A DNA stretch of 64,000 nt from the human T2T-CHM13v2.0 reference genome, Homo sapiens. Of this stretch, positions 43,339-63,329 are shown in pieces. Numbering within the stretch: position 1 is the stretch's first letter; every line of letters begins with the position of its first letter. The DNA lies in assembly GCF_009914755.1 (NCBI RefSeq), contig NC_060931.1. One strand, written 5' to 3'. The translations under genes and the position numbers were made by a program. Under the pieces are notes generated by a model. The model saw nothing but the letters and a program-made list of their open reading frames with translations. It was not told the origin of the DNA and did no database searches.

Positions 43339-43635
43339 GGCTGGGTGTGGTGACTGATGTCTGTAATTGTCCCAGCACTTTGGAAGGCCAATGTGGGAGG
43401 ATCATTGAGGACAGAAGATTGAGACCAGCCTGGGCAACATAGCGAGATCCCATCTTTACAAAAAATGTTTTTAAATTAGCCAGGTATGTTGGCATGCACC
43501 TGTAGTCCCAGCTACTCGGAAGCTGAAGTGGGAGTTCGAGGCTGCAGTGAGCTATGATTGCACCACTGCACTCCAGCCTGGGTGACAGAGCAAGACCCTA
43601 TCTCCAAAAAGAAGGAAAAAAGAAAAAAGAAAAAA
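43339..43635 (+). mobile_element. Alu (AluJ-like) within old L1-like fragments
   Basis: Alu consensus. Confidence 0.9.
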
Positions 43636-43990
43636 CCTAGCTAAGTGGAAGTTTACAAATCAAAACTACAGTCCATGAAATTAAAATAATGAGAGGATAG
43701 GTTGGACAGTGGACTTGACATTGGTGGGGAAAAAATTAGTGAACAGGAAGATAAATCTTAGGAAATCATCTAGAGCTTCTCTGAGCTTTTCAAAGATGCT
43801 GAAATCCCATGACCAGTGTGTTTCTCCGTATCTGCTCCCCACATATTTCCTCCCAGTGTCCCCCAGTTCATATCAGCCAAGTCCTGCAATTGGAGGCAGT
43901 GGGTGTGCTATTTCCTCCCAGAGCCATGACTGTTTTTCCTCACTGGGCTGACCTGATTCTAACTCTCAGTCAGAAGGCAATAAGCAACAG

Positions 43991-44623
43991 TCATACAGAA
44001 GTGAAAAATGAATTATTAGGCAGTTAGTGAGGGTAAGAGAGTCCTCAGTAAGGTTTCCCTTTTAATAAAAAAGCAACCCCCAAATTATTCATTTTCTAAC
44101 AAAAAGCAGCCTGAAAAATCAAACTGCAAACATAGATAAGCAACCTGGAAGCTTGCATAGGTAAATGCTGTGCCAATAGAAAAGGGATACCTGGAAGCCA
44201 GGTATCAACAACATGGAGGCTGCAACTTCCTTTTTCTTTGTCAACCACATGTACAGTAAAGGAACAGGCAACATGGCACCAGCCAGGTAGAGAATCCATC
44301 TACATAATAAAAGATTAGAGTGGGGTGGCCAGCTTCTTCACACAGTATGTAAATGGCACACCTGGTCCAACCAATCTCTTGGCGCCCTATGTAAATCAGA
44401 CACCACCTCCTCAAGCTCATCTATAAAACCCCATGCATTTCACCACAAAACCAGAAGACCCACTAGGGAGCCCATCTCTCTCTGCAGGAGAGAGAGCTTT
44501 TCTCTCTCTTTCACCTATTAAACCTCCGCTCTTAACCTCACTCCTTTTGTGTCCATGTCCTTGATTTCCTTGGCATGAGGCAACGAACCTCAGGTATTAC
44601 CCCAGATGAACAATGCCACTTCA
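43991..44623 (+). mobile_element. ERV1 solo LTR (MER61/LTR9 group)
   Basis: 'cagcctgaaaaatcaaactgc', TATA ctataaaa, attaaa, end 'gccacttca'; TSD acag/acaa. Confidence 0.7.
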
Positions 44624-45045
44624 ACAAGACCTTGAGAAAGACAAGAATCATCTTGTGAGGTTTTGAAGATCTCCAGGCAAGGGAAGGCTGCTGTCTCCTA
44701 GCAAAGGAGAAATTCTGCCTCTGCCATCCCAGAGTTACTGGAGAATCTACAAGCTCCAAGATTCTCAGGCTTGTCCAGCCAAACATCCTAATGCCAGAAC
44801 TCAGAGTCCTACTCGTCTCCTGTCAAGGCCCTGCCTTTGGGATAGGAAGCTTCCTGGGGTCATGCTTTCTGTTTCCCTTATAGCTTTGCTATCCTTAAAA
44901 CTGATTCCTGAGCCTGAATTTCAGCACTATCTGCTCTGCAGCTGTGGGAGATGAATCTCTTTCAAGACTGCCTTGCCGACTTTCACAGTGTGTCTGAGTT
45001 GACTATTAGCTGAACTGAGCCTGCATTTTCTATTTTCGGGACTTC

Positions 45046-45465
45046 TGTATCAGTCAGGGTTTGATCAGAAAAATAGAACCACTAGAAATAATCTAGAATA
45101 TGGGATTTATTACAGGAATTCAACCTTATATAATTTGGAGAGCTGGCTATCCAGTCTATGTACAGTTGTTGCTTCTGCATCCAGTGCTACAAATAAATTC
45201 AGCTAGGTAGAAAGGCTGGTCCAGGAGTCAGAGAAGGTGAAGAAGGAGGAGGTTTCTTCATACCTACGAGGTGAGCAAGCAGATCAGCAACCAAGTTCAT
45301 GAGCTGCAATAGCACCTGGTACCCTGCTCACCCTCTGAGTGTAAAACAACTATGGCTGCTTCCCAAAGCCTGCACAAGATCACGTGGCCAAGACTATGCA
45401 GAAAAGGGAATTTTGGGAAGTGTAGTTCCAGCTTAGCTAAGGCGACACAGAACAAATCCACCACA
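45046..45465 (-). mobile_element. ERVL LTR (LTR40/41-like)
   Basis: tgtatcagtcaggg...gtagttccagcttagctaaggcgacaca..ccaccaca. Confidence 0.6.
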
Positions 45466-45747
45466 GCTCCTAAGGCAATTAACAAAAGTCCACCAACCCT
45501 ACAATCCTTGTCATTATCATTGTCCCCATATTATCCAAATGTCATAGCTATTGCAAAGCCAATGCTTCACCCTCCATCTGCCTCTTGGGCCACTGTCTTC
45601 CCAGGGAGAGTCTAGCAACTGGAGTGCTACAGAAGATCAGGGGTTATCCACCCAACTTACCACCAGGAGTGGGGTCCTTACTGCCCTCTGACCAGAGAGT
45701 GAGCCGAGTTCCAGAATCCATCCTGAAATTCTGCTTTCTAGACCATT

Positions 45748-46600
45748 TTGTTCTGGATTTCCCCCTGGAAAGCAGAACCTGAGACAAGGGCTCTGTGCAA
45801 GCAGCTAATTTGGGAGGCAATTGCAGGGCTAGGAGGAGGGGGACAGGAAAGAGGCGAAGCTGATGTGAGACTGAGTCTTTGAGCTCCTCACTGCCGTGGG
45901 AAACTGGGGCTTGATTCTTCCAGGATCTGTGAGAAGCCATATAAAATGCACCTCAGAATCACCCACAGGAAAGATGGATAAAAGGATTATTCATGGATAA
46001 AGAGAATATTTATCCACTTTCTCCCCTTCCGCATTAGACAAAGTTTGCACCCTAGGATGTTAACTATCTCTTTCTCTCTTTCAAGAGGCAGGTGCATGAG
46101 TGACAGGAGGCTTTTTTTTTTTTTTTTTTGAGACAGAGTCCAGGCTGAAATGCAGTGGCACGATCTCAGTTCACTGCAACCTCCACCTCCCAGGTTAAAG
46201 TGATCCTCCCAACTCAGCCTCCTGAGTAGCTGGAACTACAGAGGCATGCCACCACACCAGGCTGATTTTTGTATTTTGTATTTTTAGTAGAAACAGGGTT
46301 TCACCATGTTGGCCAGGCTGGTCTCGAACTTCTGATCTCAAGTGGTCTGCCCTCCTTGGCCTCCCAAAGTGCTGGGATTGCAGGTGTGAGCCACCGCACC
46401 TTGCCTGACAGGAGGCTTCTGGAGGCATCCCAATGGCGTGACCCCAGAGAAGGCCAGGATGGAAAGTGAAAGCTAGGCAGGACAGCTGAGCCGGGGGCTA
46501 TCAGGTTTCACCTGCACTGAGCTGGTTGCTGCAGCAACGGCCAAAGTGAAAAGTGAGATCAGAGGATGTGAAATGGGATGCAAGTGCTATTCAAAGCAAG
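45748..46600 (-). mobile_element. LTR16-family LTR with antisense Alu (46112-46405)
   Basis: 'aagcagaacctgagacaagggc..tttgggagg'; Alu TSD tgacaggaggctt. Confidence 0.65.
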
Positions 46601-46631
46601 GAGGAAGAGGCAAAGAAGAAAAGGAAAAGTA

Positions 46632-46893
46632 GGCCAGACGCAGTGGCTCACGCCTGTAATCCCAGCACTTTGGGAGCCTGAGGTGGGAGGATCACTTGAG
46701 GTCAGGAGTTCAAGACCAGCCTGGCCAACATAGTGAAACAGTGCCTGGTACATGCCTGTAATCCCAGCTACTTGGGAGGCTGAGGCAGGAGAATCACTTG
46801 AACCAGGAGGCAGAGGTTGCAGTGAGCTGAGATCACGCCACTGCACTACAGCCTGGGTGACAAAGCGAGACTCCTTCTCAAAAAAAAAAAAAA
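46632..46893 (+). mobile_element. Alu lacking its central linker
   Basis: 'atagtgaaac' joined via 'agtgcct' to 'ggtacatgcctgtaatcc'. Confidence 0.9.
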
Positions 46894-47006
46894 GGAAGAG
46901 TGTCAGGAGGACATAATACTTCTGAAAGCTCTGGTCCCTCTGATAATGCTTGACTAAGGAGAAATTGAAGATGCGGGAAGTAGAGGGTTAATTTAGCAAG
47001 CAGTCA

Positions 47007-47537
<531 letters not shown>

Positions 47538-48488
47538 ATGGCCCACATAAATAAAGGGTCATAGTAATAATGGCAAACACAAGATGTGTAAGTGACCTAG
47601 TCTTAGACATTTTATTGACTAAGGACCAAGAGAGAGGAACAGAGATGAGACTACTTCTACGCCTTTTACGAAGCAAGGCGCAGGGGCTGGTTCTGCAGAA
47701 TGGTTCAGAAGAATGAAGGTCTAAATGCCCTCCCGGTGAATCATGCCAAGAGCACTTCATCACAGCTTAAACTCTTCCTTGACAGGTTCCCATTTTCTAT
47801 GTTGTCTCTAAAGAACAGCTAGACTGAAAAGGAGGGAGCTGAGAATAGGTTGATTTGAGAACGCTGAACAGTCACAGCCCACCCGTAGAAAGAGACTCCC
47901 TTTTTTCCTGCATCCACTTTAGAAATGCTTCCGGAGAGGGCAACAGCTCCTATAAGATGTGTAATCCTTATCAATACAGCAAAGAGGCTATCAAAGCAGG
48001 AAAGATCACATGGCTGTTAAGATAAAGGTCTGGCTGTTCCAGGGTGGGCTTATCAAGGTTTAGCAGTAAGCGAGTTTTGTTGCTTCAACTGCATTTAAAA
48101 AGTTCATTGATTTGCAGCTAATACCAAGTTGTCATAGTTTCATGAGTAACAGCTTGTGGTTTGCAGAATCAAAGCCTTTTCCTGAATCAATAATAGCAGA
48201 TTCACTGAGGTGCCTGGGCCTTTGCAGAGGGGGGAAAAGCTGAGAAAGACGGCTGGGTAGAGAGAGGGAGTAAATTTGGTCAGACCATAAGTGGCCTATA
48301 AAAGAGGAAAAATGGCACTTTCCCTCTCAAAGCCCTCAAAAGCAACAGAAATTGAACCTTTTAAAAATTCAAAGTGACTTGTAAAGAGGCCATTGTTTGC
48401 AAAAATACAGAGATGAAATGTGTACATACATGCATGTAGTAAATTGACTCTAAGGGGGAAAAATTGAAGATTTTAAAAAAATTCATCA

Positions 48489-48832
<344 letters not shown>

Positions 48833-49599
48833 CATCCTGAGCTCGGCACAACTGAGCATTTTGCTAGACCCAGCTGCTAGGGAAACATTGACCTCTACTT
48901 GTCTTTTTCTGCTGTTGGAAAATACACACACACAGACCCATTACGTTAGCCTTGACCCAATTAAGAAGGCAAATCTCTAATAATATCTAAGTGTTGTGTT
49001 GGCCTTTGAAAGCATTTTCTCAGCCTACTCCATTTGAGCTTCGTAAATGACCATATTGGGCTGAGAGAGCTGTTATTTTTATCCACTTTTGAATGGGGAG
49101 AAAATTGAGTCTTGGAACAGCCTGCCCAATTCTCCTGGGGTGCCCAGCATAGACATCACGAATTGATCAAGGCATTCTTCCCAAGAAGTTCAGACTAAGT
49201 CTCAGAATCCTGTCCTCAGCCAACCTCCAGGCAGCCACTATCAATTAATAGAAGAAAATAAAGTCGATTTGCCATCCTGGACCCACGTGATCTGCCCAAG
49301 GTCACAGAACTACTTAATGGACTAAAACCAAGTCATACATCTCTTGTTTCAGTGCTTTTTATATGAAGTAGAATGTTTTTGCCCCGGTGAGGGGAGCTCA
49401 CCACCTTTGCCACAACTAAAAGCTACAACCACCTGGGGGTTTTGCTTCTCTTCACACAACTGCTCAACCCTGTTCACACTCACTACTTAGGAAGCTTAAG
49501 AAGTAACAGAGAGATCCTAGAAATTTTAAATTACATTTGTGATCCACATTGTATTTCCATTAGACAGCATTGCCCTAGATGGTAGGTAGCCATCAGAAT

Positions 49600-50243
<644 letters not shown>

Positions 50244-50303
50244 AGCTGTATTCTTTAATTTACACATTTATTGAGCCCAAATTAAATAATATACTTTTTT
50301 TTT

Positions 50304-50412
50304 AACTAGACAAATGCAGTAGTGAGAAGTGGGAAAAGAACAGAACCAGCAGTTCCATCAGTAACTGCTTGTGAACAATCAATTGAGATAACTCACTCCA
50401 TCTGGACCAGCC
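50304..50412 (-). pseudogene. Y1 RNA (RNY1-derived) processed pseudogene
   Basis: Reverse complement ggctggtccagatggagtgagttatctcaattgattgttcac...ctcactactgcatttgtctagtt aligns ungapped to human Y1 RNA as recalled (~92/109); A-tail 50295-50303; TSD-like aatata(a)ctt on both sides. Confidence 0.93.
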
Positions 50413-50509
50413 CAATATAACTTCAAAGAGTGACAAATGCCAAGAAAAAGATGATGACGCAGGGTAAGGGGGACACAGAACGACAATGGGTGTGGTTGGA
50501 ATGAGTTAT

Positions 50510-50649
50510 TTATTTATTATTTATTTTTATAAGAGACAAGGTCTTGCTCTGTCGCCCAGGCTGGAGTGCAGTGGGGCAATCATAGCTCACTGCAGCCTCA
50601 AACTCCTGGGCTCAAGGGGTCCTCCCACCTAGGATCATTTGAACCCTAG
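50510..50649 (-). mobile_element. Truncated Alu with short 5' inversion
   Basis: Antisense right monomer followed by sense-oriented 'aggatcatttgaaccctag' (50631-50649). Confidence 0.8.
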
Positions 50650-50690
50650 GGTGAGCAATTTTAGAGGAAGTGATCAGGGGAGGCCTCTCA

Positions 50691-51527
<837 letters not shown>

Positions 51528-51534
51528 CTATACC

Positions 51535-52260
51535 TTTTTTTTTTTTTTTTTTTTGAGACAGTGTTTTCTCGCCCGTCACCCAAGCTGGAGTGCAGTGGTA
51601 CAATCACTCCTCACTGTAGCCTTGACTTCCTGGCCTCAAGTGATCCTCATCCTCCCAAGTAGCTGGTTTTACAGACATGACCCACCACACCCAGCAGACT
51701 ATACAATTTAAAGCAGGCAAGAAATGCAGCTGACTCAGGTTTAAAAGACTATATGACCAGGTCAGGCATGGTGGCTCATGCTTGGAATCCCAGCACTGTA
51801 GGAGGCTAAGACAGGAGGATTCCTAGAGCCCAGGAGTTCTAGACTGCAGTGAGCCATGATCACACTGCTGTATTCTAGCCTGGGAGACAGAGACCCTGTC
51901 TCAAAAAAAAAAAAAAAAAAATTAAATGACCAGGTGTGATATTTATTTATTTATTTATTTATTTTTCACTTTTATTTTATTTTGAGACAGAGTCTCACTC
52001 TATCACCCAGGTTGGAGAGCAGTGGCGCAATCTTGGCTCACTGCAACCTCTGTCTCCTGGGTTCAAGCGATTCTTCTGCCTCAGCCTCCCAAGTAGCTAG
52101 GAGGTGCCCACCTTCCCACTCGGCTAATTTTTGTGTTTTTAGTAGAGACGCAGTTTCACCATATTGGCCAGGCTGATCTTGAACTCTTGACCTCAAGTGA
52201 TCCACCTGCCTTGGCCTCCCAAAGTGCTAGGATTACAGGTGTGAGCCACCACGCCCAGCC
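51535..52260. mobile_element. Alu cluster (monomer 51535-51697 -, monomer 51760-51921 +, dimer 51941-52260 -)
   Basis: Alu consensus. Confidence 0.9.
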
Positions 52261-52477
52261 CAGATGTGTATTTTTAAAGATCACTTGCATAGCAGTGTAC
52301 GTGTAAGCGAAGTATTAATACTTAGTGGATGAGGAAGAGAATAATGACGAGAGAACAAGCTGGGGTCACTGGCTGCAATACTCCAGTTGAAGTTATCCAA
52401 GAGGAAGTTAGAAATACAAGTCTAATCGTCAGAAGAGAGTAGTCCCTAGACATGGAATGATTTGGGGGTCAGTAGCT

Positions 52478-53228
52478 GTGTCAGTCTGGGTCCTTCTAGA
52501 AGCAGACATAAAGACAGGATTAGACATACAAGACTGGTTGGGCGCAGTGGCTTTTGCCTAAAATGCCAGCACTTTGGGAGGCCGAGGAGGGAGGATTGCT
52601 TGAGCCCAGGAGTTTAAGACCAGCCTGGGCAACACAGAGAAACCCTGTCTCTACCAAAAAATTTAAAAAAATTAGCCAGGCTTGGTGGCATGCACCTGTA
52701 GTCCCAGCTACTCGGGAGGCTGAGGTGGGTCACTGGAGGTCAAGGCTGCAGTGAGCTATCATTGTACCAATGCACTCCAGAGCCTGGGCAACAGATCAAG
52801 ACCCTGTGTCTAAAATATATATATATATGTACATATATATATGTACATATATATGGGGATATGCTTGAGAAGGATAAAAAGGAGGGAGGCAGAAAAGGCA
52901 GAGAGAGCTTTCAGACCACCAGGCAGGTCTGGCCCCTGTGAAGGACAAGGGGAAGGAAGATTGGATGGAAGACTCCTAGACTGCAGCACAGCTCCAAGAA
53001 AGGCTTGGCTAGGACTTTGGGGAGGCCTCATGCCAAAATTGCCATAAGAATGGCTCTGCCATGGTAAATGCCATGATTGCTTAGTCATTTACTGCGAATA
53101 GCCTTAGGGAAGCGTGGCCGCAGCAAGGATGCCAAGTGGATCCAGAAACACAGCAGCTGAGACCATCAGTCAATTACACCCCTGACAGTGGTCCTAAGCA
53201 GCTGGTTCTCATATCCACCACGGCAGCC
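52478..53228 (-). mobile_element. LTR16-family LTR with AluJ (52536-52812, +) and (TA)n tail
   Basis: 'tgtgtcagtctgggtccttctagaagcagac..agacaggattag','ctttcagacc..caggtctggcccctgtgaagga'. Confidence 0.75.
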
Positions 53229-53469
53229 AAGGATGTCAATGGAACCCATCCCCTCCTGCCTTCTTGGGGACTTGTCTTCTAGATCTTCAACCTATCCATC
53301 CATGAACCATCATGCTTTAGACAGTTGTATCCTTAGAAGACCTTCTCCTGACCTCAAATCCTCCTCTTATGTCTTCTCTTAAATTAAAATTTTAATTTCA
53401 TTTCTTAAAAATTAAAAATTTAATTTTTAGAAAGATTTTTTTGATGACCACACCTGGTCTTCTTTGTGA

Positions 53470-53763
<294 letters not shown>

Positions 53764-53949
53764 TGATTTTTTAAAAATTAATCTACTTTTAAAGCAAGGT
53801 TAATAATCAGCACCTTGTTCTAGCTATGTCTCTTCTTCTGTGAAACAATGGGAGGCCTCACCTTCAATGAGTGAAGAGTCCTGGGGAGGAACCACATTGC
53901 TGAGAATTAAAATGCTTGGGCTAACACATCCCCCTGTATGTTTCAGAGG

Positions 53950-54905
<956 letters not shown>

Positions 54906-55144
54906 AGAAATGCTTTATTTCTAAAAGGAGATATCACAACCTGCAGGCAGGAAATGGAGCCTCAAAGGAGGAAAGATGAGACAGTAATTTATGCTGAATG
55001 GGTTGGCTAAGTATGCATATTCAACAGGTTATAGGAGCAGCTATGCATATTCATGGCGGCACACGTGCACAGTAAGTTAACATGTATGTTACGTACATCT
55101 CATGTTCTCTTTGGGATGGAGACTTAACATTTAAAGGTATTATA

Positions 55145-56056
<912 letters not shown>

Positions 56057-56277
56057 AAAGGTATTACAATCAGGCCCTATAGATCAAAAGGTGAGGCAGA
56101 GGACACAAAGGCACTTAGTATACAGCCTCCATAAACTCACCGGAACCACTCCCTGGCAGATGGTCTGCTATCAGGAAAGAATACTGGTCAGCTGTGGTGT
56201 AAATCAACAGTGGAGCAAGTTTTGTAAAAGGGCTGGTTGCTGTTGAACTCTTAGGAAAGAAAGCCTAATGGCGTTAG

Positions 56278-57072
<795 letters not shown>

Positions 57073-57076
57073 ACCA

Positions 57077-57375
57077 GCCAGGTGCAGTGGCTCATGCCTG
57101 TAATCCCAGCACTTGAGGAGGCCGAGGAGGGCGGATCATCTGAGGTCAGGAGTTCAAGACCAGCCTGGCCAACATGGCAAAACCCTGACTCTACTAAAAA
57201 TACAAAAATTAACCAGATATGGTGGTGCGCACCTGTAGTCCCAGCTACTCGGGAGGCTGAGGCAGAAGAATCACTTGAACCTGGGAGATGGAGGCTGAAG
57301 TAGCCGAGATTGCGCCACTGCACTCCAGCCTAGGCAACAGAGCGAGACTCCCTATCATAAATAAATACATAAATA
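57077..57375 (+). mobile_element. Alu (AluS-like)
   Basis: TSD aataagtgaatgacc. Confidence 0.95.
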
Positions 57376-57467
57376 AATAAGTGAATGACCTAGTATAGGT
57401 AGAATAATAAAAGAAGAAGAAAAAAGATAAGCTTTAGGAAAAAAATAACATGTAAACAGTGAGCAAA

Positions 57468-58055
<588 letters not shown>

Positions 58056-58099
58056 CTCTTTTTTTAAAAAAAAAGAAAAGAGAAAAAAAGAAAAAAAAA

Positions 58100-58510
58100 A
58101 ACTGGAAACAACCCAAATGTCCATCAAAATGAACAAACTGTCATACATTCACACAGTATGGAATACAATATAAGAATGAAGATGAATGAATTAGGCCCCA
58201 GTCAATGAGTTGGACGCATCTCACAAATTTACCGTTGTGCGAAAGTAGTCAGACATAGGAGAGTATAGACGGTGTGATTTCAATTGCCTAAAGTTCAAAA
58301 CCAGGCAAAACTAACATATAATGTTAGGACTCAGGATAGTGGTGTGTAGTGACTGAAATGGCACATACACGGGGCTTTGGGGAACTGGTATATTCTGTTT
58401 CTCAATCTGAGATGTGATTACCAGATGAGTTTGTGAATATTCATTGAGCTGCATACTCATGATTTGTGCACTGTGTGCTTGTTATATTTCAATAAAAGTT
58501 TACTAAAAAA
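58100..58510 (+). mobile_element. L1ME-type 3' fragment
   Basis: 'aaactggaaacaacccaaatgtccatca','aaagttcaaaaccaggcaaaactaa','atttcaataaaagtt'. Confidence 0.8.
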
Positions 58511-59586
58511 GACAACTTGGTAGCCTTCTATTTAAATTGCTTAGCAGTGCCTAAAATAGATTATCACTGAATCTTTTCAGGAAATGGAAGTGTTGGTGCG
58601 TATGCCTCTGAGTGTGTATGCAAGTGTGGGTGTTGAACATTGAATATTCTTCAGGAATGCAGTCAGGTGAAAGGAAACATGAAATTTATTATGCCCTCTT
58701 AAATAACGGCTTATGTGCCGTAGTGTTTCCATAAAAGATTCTCTATTTGATGAGCATCAATCTACTTGTATTGTTAGAAGGATCTTATGTAACCCTGGCC
58801 CTATACCACATTCATCAAATTCCATTTTTATGCCTCCCTTGTGTTCAGCACATCATTTAATCACTGAGCATTTTCTCTGCACCAGTGCCTGTGAGGGGTG
58901 GTGGGAATTCAGAGAAAACTCTATACATGTCCCCTTCTTATCTCCGTTCTTAGGGCCTGAGGAATTCAACGGGGATACTTGCCAAGAGCATCTAAGCCAG
59001 AGGAACAGGATCTGGGGCAAGACTGTGTGAGGTTTTCACCTAGAATAGCTGGAAATTGTATAATCAAAGGGGCAAGGAAAGCCAGGGCCCAGCGTGAGAG
59101 AGAATTGGTACATGGAGTCAGGGATGGCAGGCTAGCTGAGCTCAGGAAACAGACGTTAAAGACATCAGGCGCAGGTCAGGAAATAGACACAAAGATGGCC
59201 TCAGAGAACAGTGGAGAACTCAGGGCAGTGACGGGCGGGGTCCTCACTGGGAGCATTGATAAAGGTTGCATTGTCTCTAGAAATTCAAAAACAATAAGAA
59301 ACTGACCAAAAGTCTGTCTGCTTTTTGTTATCACCATGCACCAGCAATCCTAAAAAAATGTTAGTAGTAAAGTATTTCTGCCTAAGAGTACTCGGCACAG
59401 TAATGTTTGTAACAGTGAGAAACCAAAGAGTGGGTACTGGATCGCGGTGTATTCAGACCAGGGAACACCATGCATCAGTGTGAACAGAGGAACCATGATT
59501 CCACACGTCAACCAGGACAACCCCAAACCATGATGTTGCTACTTGCAGAAGTCTACATAGTCTAATGTCATTCACATGAAATTTTA

Positions 59587-60545
<959 letters not shown>

Positions 60546-61870
60546 ATTGCTGCTGTTGTTTTAAGCCCAGGGTTGGAAACCATGTATTCATTATATTAAC
60601 TATCTGTTCTTTTTCTACATGTTAGAAATATTTCATAATACAAACAACATTTTGACCCAACAAAAAGACCCAAATGCTCCTAACTGCCAGGACCTATAAA
60701 CCAGTGCAGGTGAATGATTCAGAAAAAAAAAAAAGTTGTGATGTATATGAAGGTGTCGAGAGCCTATTTCTATTGGTGGCATGAGACGGGCCTGGGGCCA
60801 GGTGAAAAAAAAATCTGACCTTCTGGGAAAAGGCTCTTGCAGTACGCCTGAAAACAAGATGACATGTCTTTAATGCCAATATAGGGTTGAAAGGTTAGCA
60901 TCCATATAATAACCGGCCGCCAAACACCTTGCACAGACCTTGTTACATATAAGCAGGCAGAGATGACTCAACTCTCTAAATCTGGGAAACAGCCTGCCCG
61001 TTATAACCAGGCGCCGTGACATTTTGGAATATGTATTGGCAAGGTTCTCCATGTTAAATAGCTTTACAAGTTGTTATTAGAATCACGTTAGCTCGGTGCT
61101 GCAGTGAATGTCCCACGTCCACAGGCGATTCTCTCCAAGAAACCTATTGATTTGCTTTTCTTCTCTTTTCCTTCTGAATAGCAACTGACAGACAAAGGGG
61201 AGCTGGCCAGGGCCTTTGATGGTAATGCCAGTTGAACAATAGCCCTGCTTGTGGCAAGCACCCTCTTTGTTCAGCCAGGAGAATGCTGAGCCGGTTGCTC
61301 ATTGGATCCAGTGTATGTGGGTGGCCAGAGCAAGGTGCATTTGGCAGCCAGATGTAGATTCTGGGTGGTATGAGCTGACTGTCCAGATAGCTAAAGCTTG
61401 GGACTTGGCTGGAACTCCCCTGGCTGGTGCAATCAGAGAGACCAGATGGACTCGTCTTCTCGTCCTTTGAAGATGGTGTCCTTTATTTAGCTAAAGGGAA
61501 GAGGCAGCCAACTATCTGACCTGGAAAGCATTCTCAGGCAGCCTGGTCCTTTTCGTACACATCTAAGAAAAAGGGAAAGTGCACTGTTGAAAGGAAATTT
61601 AGGGAGAGCCTTTGCAAGCCACCAAGGACGTTGCAAAATTACACTTATAAATGGGCATCAGAGGTTCTATTAACCAGTGGGAGCTTCCCCTTTATTTTCC
61701 TGGGGCAGTTCCGCTTAGAAGGCAGATGACACTGCAGGGAATTTGTCACTATTCTAGGGGCTTCTGTGCTGTTGCTGTCAATGCTACTACGGCTACTGCT
61801 GCCACCAAAGAAGCTAGAAAATGCCTGGAATTCAAATAACAGACATCCAGAAGCTGGAAATGCCCCATCA

Positions 61871-62478
61871 TTTTTTTTTTTTTAAGAGACAGGATCTCTG
61901 CCTGTCACTCAGGCTGGAGTGCAGTGGCACCATTATAGATCACTGCAGCCTCTATAAACTCCTAGGCTCAAGCCATCCTCCCATCTCAGCCTCCTGAGTA
62001 GCTGGGACAACAGGTATGCACCACCATGCCCAGCTGATTTTTTTTAAGAGATGGGGTCTTACTATGTTGCCCAGGCTGGTCTCAAACTCCTGGCCTCAAG
62101 TGATTCTCCTGCCTTGACCTCCCAAAGTGCTGGGATTACAGGCATGAGTTACCACATACAGTCAATAGTGTTCTTTAAAGCATAAAAGTTTTGGCTGGGT
62201 GCAGTGACTCATGCCTATAATCCCAGCATTTTGGGATGCCAAGGCAGGAGGATGACTTGATGCCAGGAGTTCAAGAAGTGAGAGCCCATCTCTACAAAAA
62301 ATACAAAAATTAGTCAAGCATGGTGGCACATATCTGTAGTCCTAGCAACTCAAGAGGCTGAGGCAGGAGAATCACTTGAGCTCAAGAGTTCAAGGCTGTA
62401 GTGAGCTGTGATTGCACCACTGGACTCCAGCCTGGGTGATAGCAGAACCCATCTCAAATTAAAAAAAGGAAAAAAAAA
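61871..62478. mobile_element. Head-to-head AluJ pair (61871-62163 -, 62193-62478 +)
   Basis: Alu consensus. Confidence 0.95.
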
Positions 62479-62479
62479 T

Positions 62480-63291
62480 CACAAAAGTTTTGAAATTTGA
62501 AGTTCAGTTTATCTATTTTTTTTCTGTTGTTACTTGTACTTTTGGTGTCATATCTAAAAAACTTTGCACCAGCCCAATGTCATGAAAATTTACTCTTTTG
62601 TTATCTTCTACGAGTATAGTTTTAACCCTTGCATTTAAGTCTATGGTCCATTGTGAGTTAATTTTGGCACACAGTGTGAAGAAGGGGTCCAACTTCATTC
62701 ATTTGCATGTAGATATCCAGTTGTCCCAACTGTTTGTTGAAAAGACTATTTTTTTCTCCTAAATTGTCTTGGCATCTTGTCAAAAATCAATTGACCATAC
62801 ATGTAAAGGTTTATTTCTGGACTCTAAATTTTATTCCATTGATCTATATGTCTATCCTTATGCCAGTATCAGAGTACTTTGAACACTGTAGCTATTTAGT
62901 AAGTTTTGAAAGGAAGCATGAGTCCTCCAAGTGTGTTCTTCAACATTGCTTTGGCCATTGTGGTCCCTTGCATTTTCATTTGAATTATAGGATCAGCTTG
63001 ACAATTTCTACAAAAAGGTAGCCTGGATATGACAGATATGCATTGAAGCTATTGATCAATTTGGGAATGTTACCACCTTACCAATATTATCTTCAATCCA
63101 GGAACAAGGGATATCATTCTATTTACTTAGGTATTTCTATTTTTTCATGCTAATGTAACTGTAATTGCTTTCTTACTTTCATTTTTGAATTGTTCATTGC
63201 TAGTATACAGAAATTGAATCAATGTTTTGTATAGTGATCTTGTACACTACAAGTTTTCTGAAGTAATTTGTTCCAATAATGTGTTTGTGTG

Positions 63292-63329
<38 letters not shown>

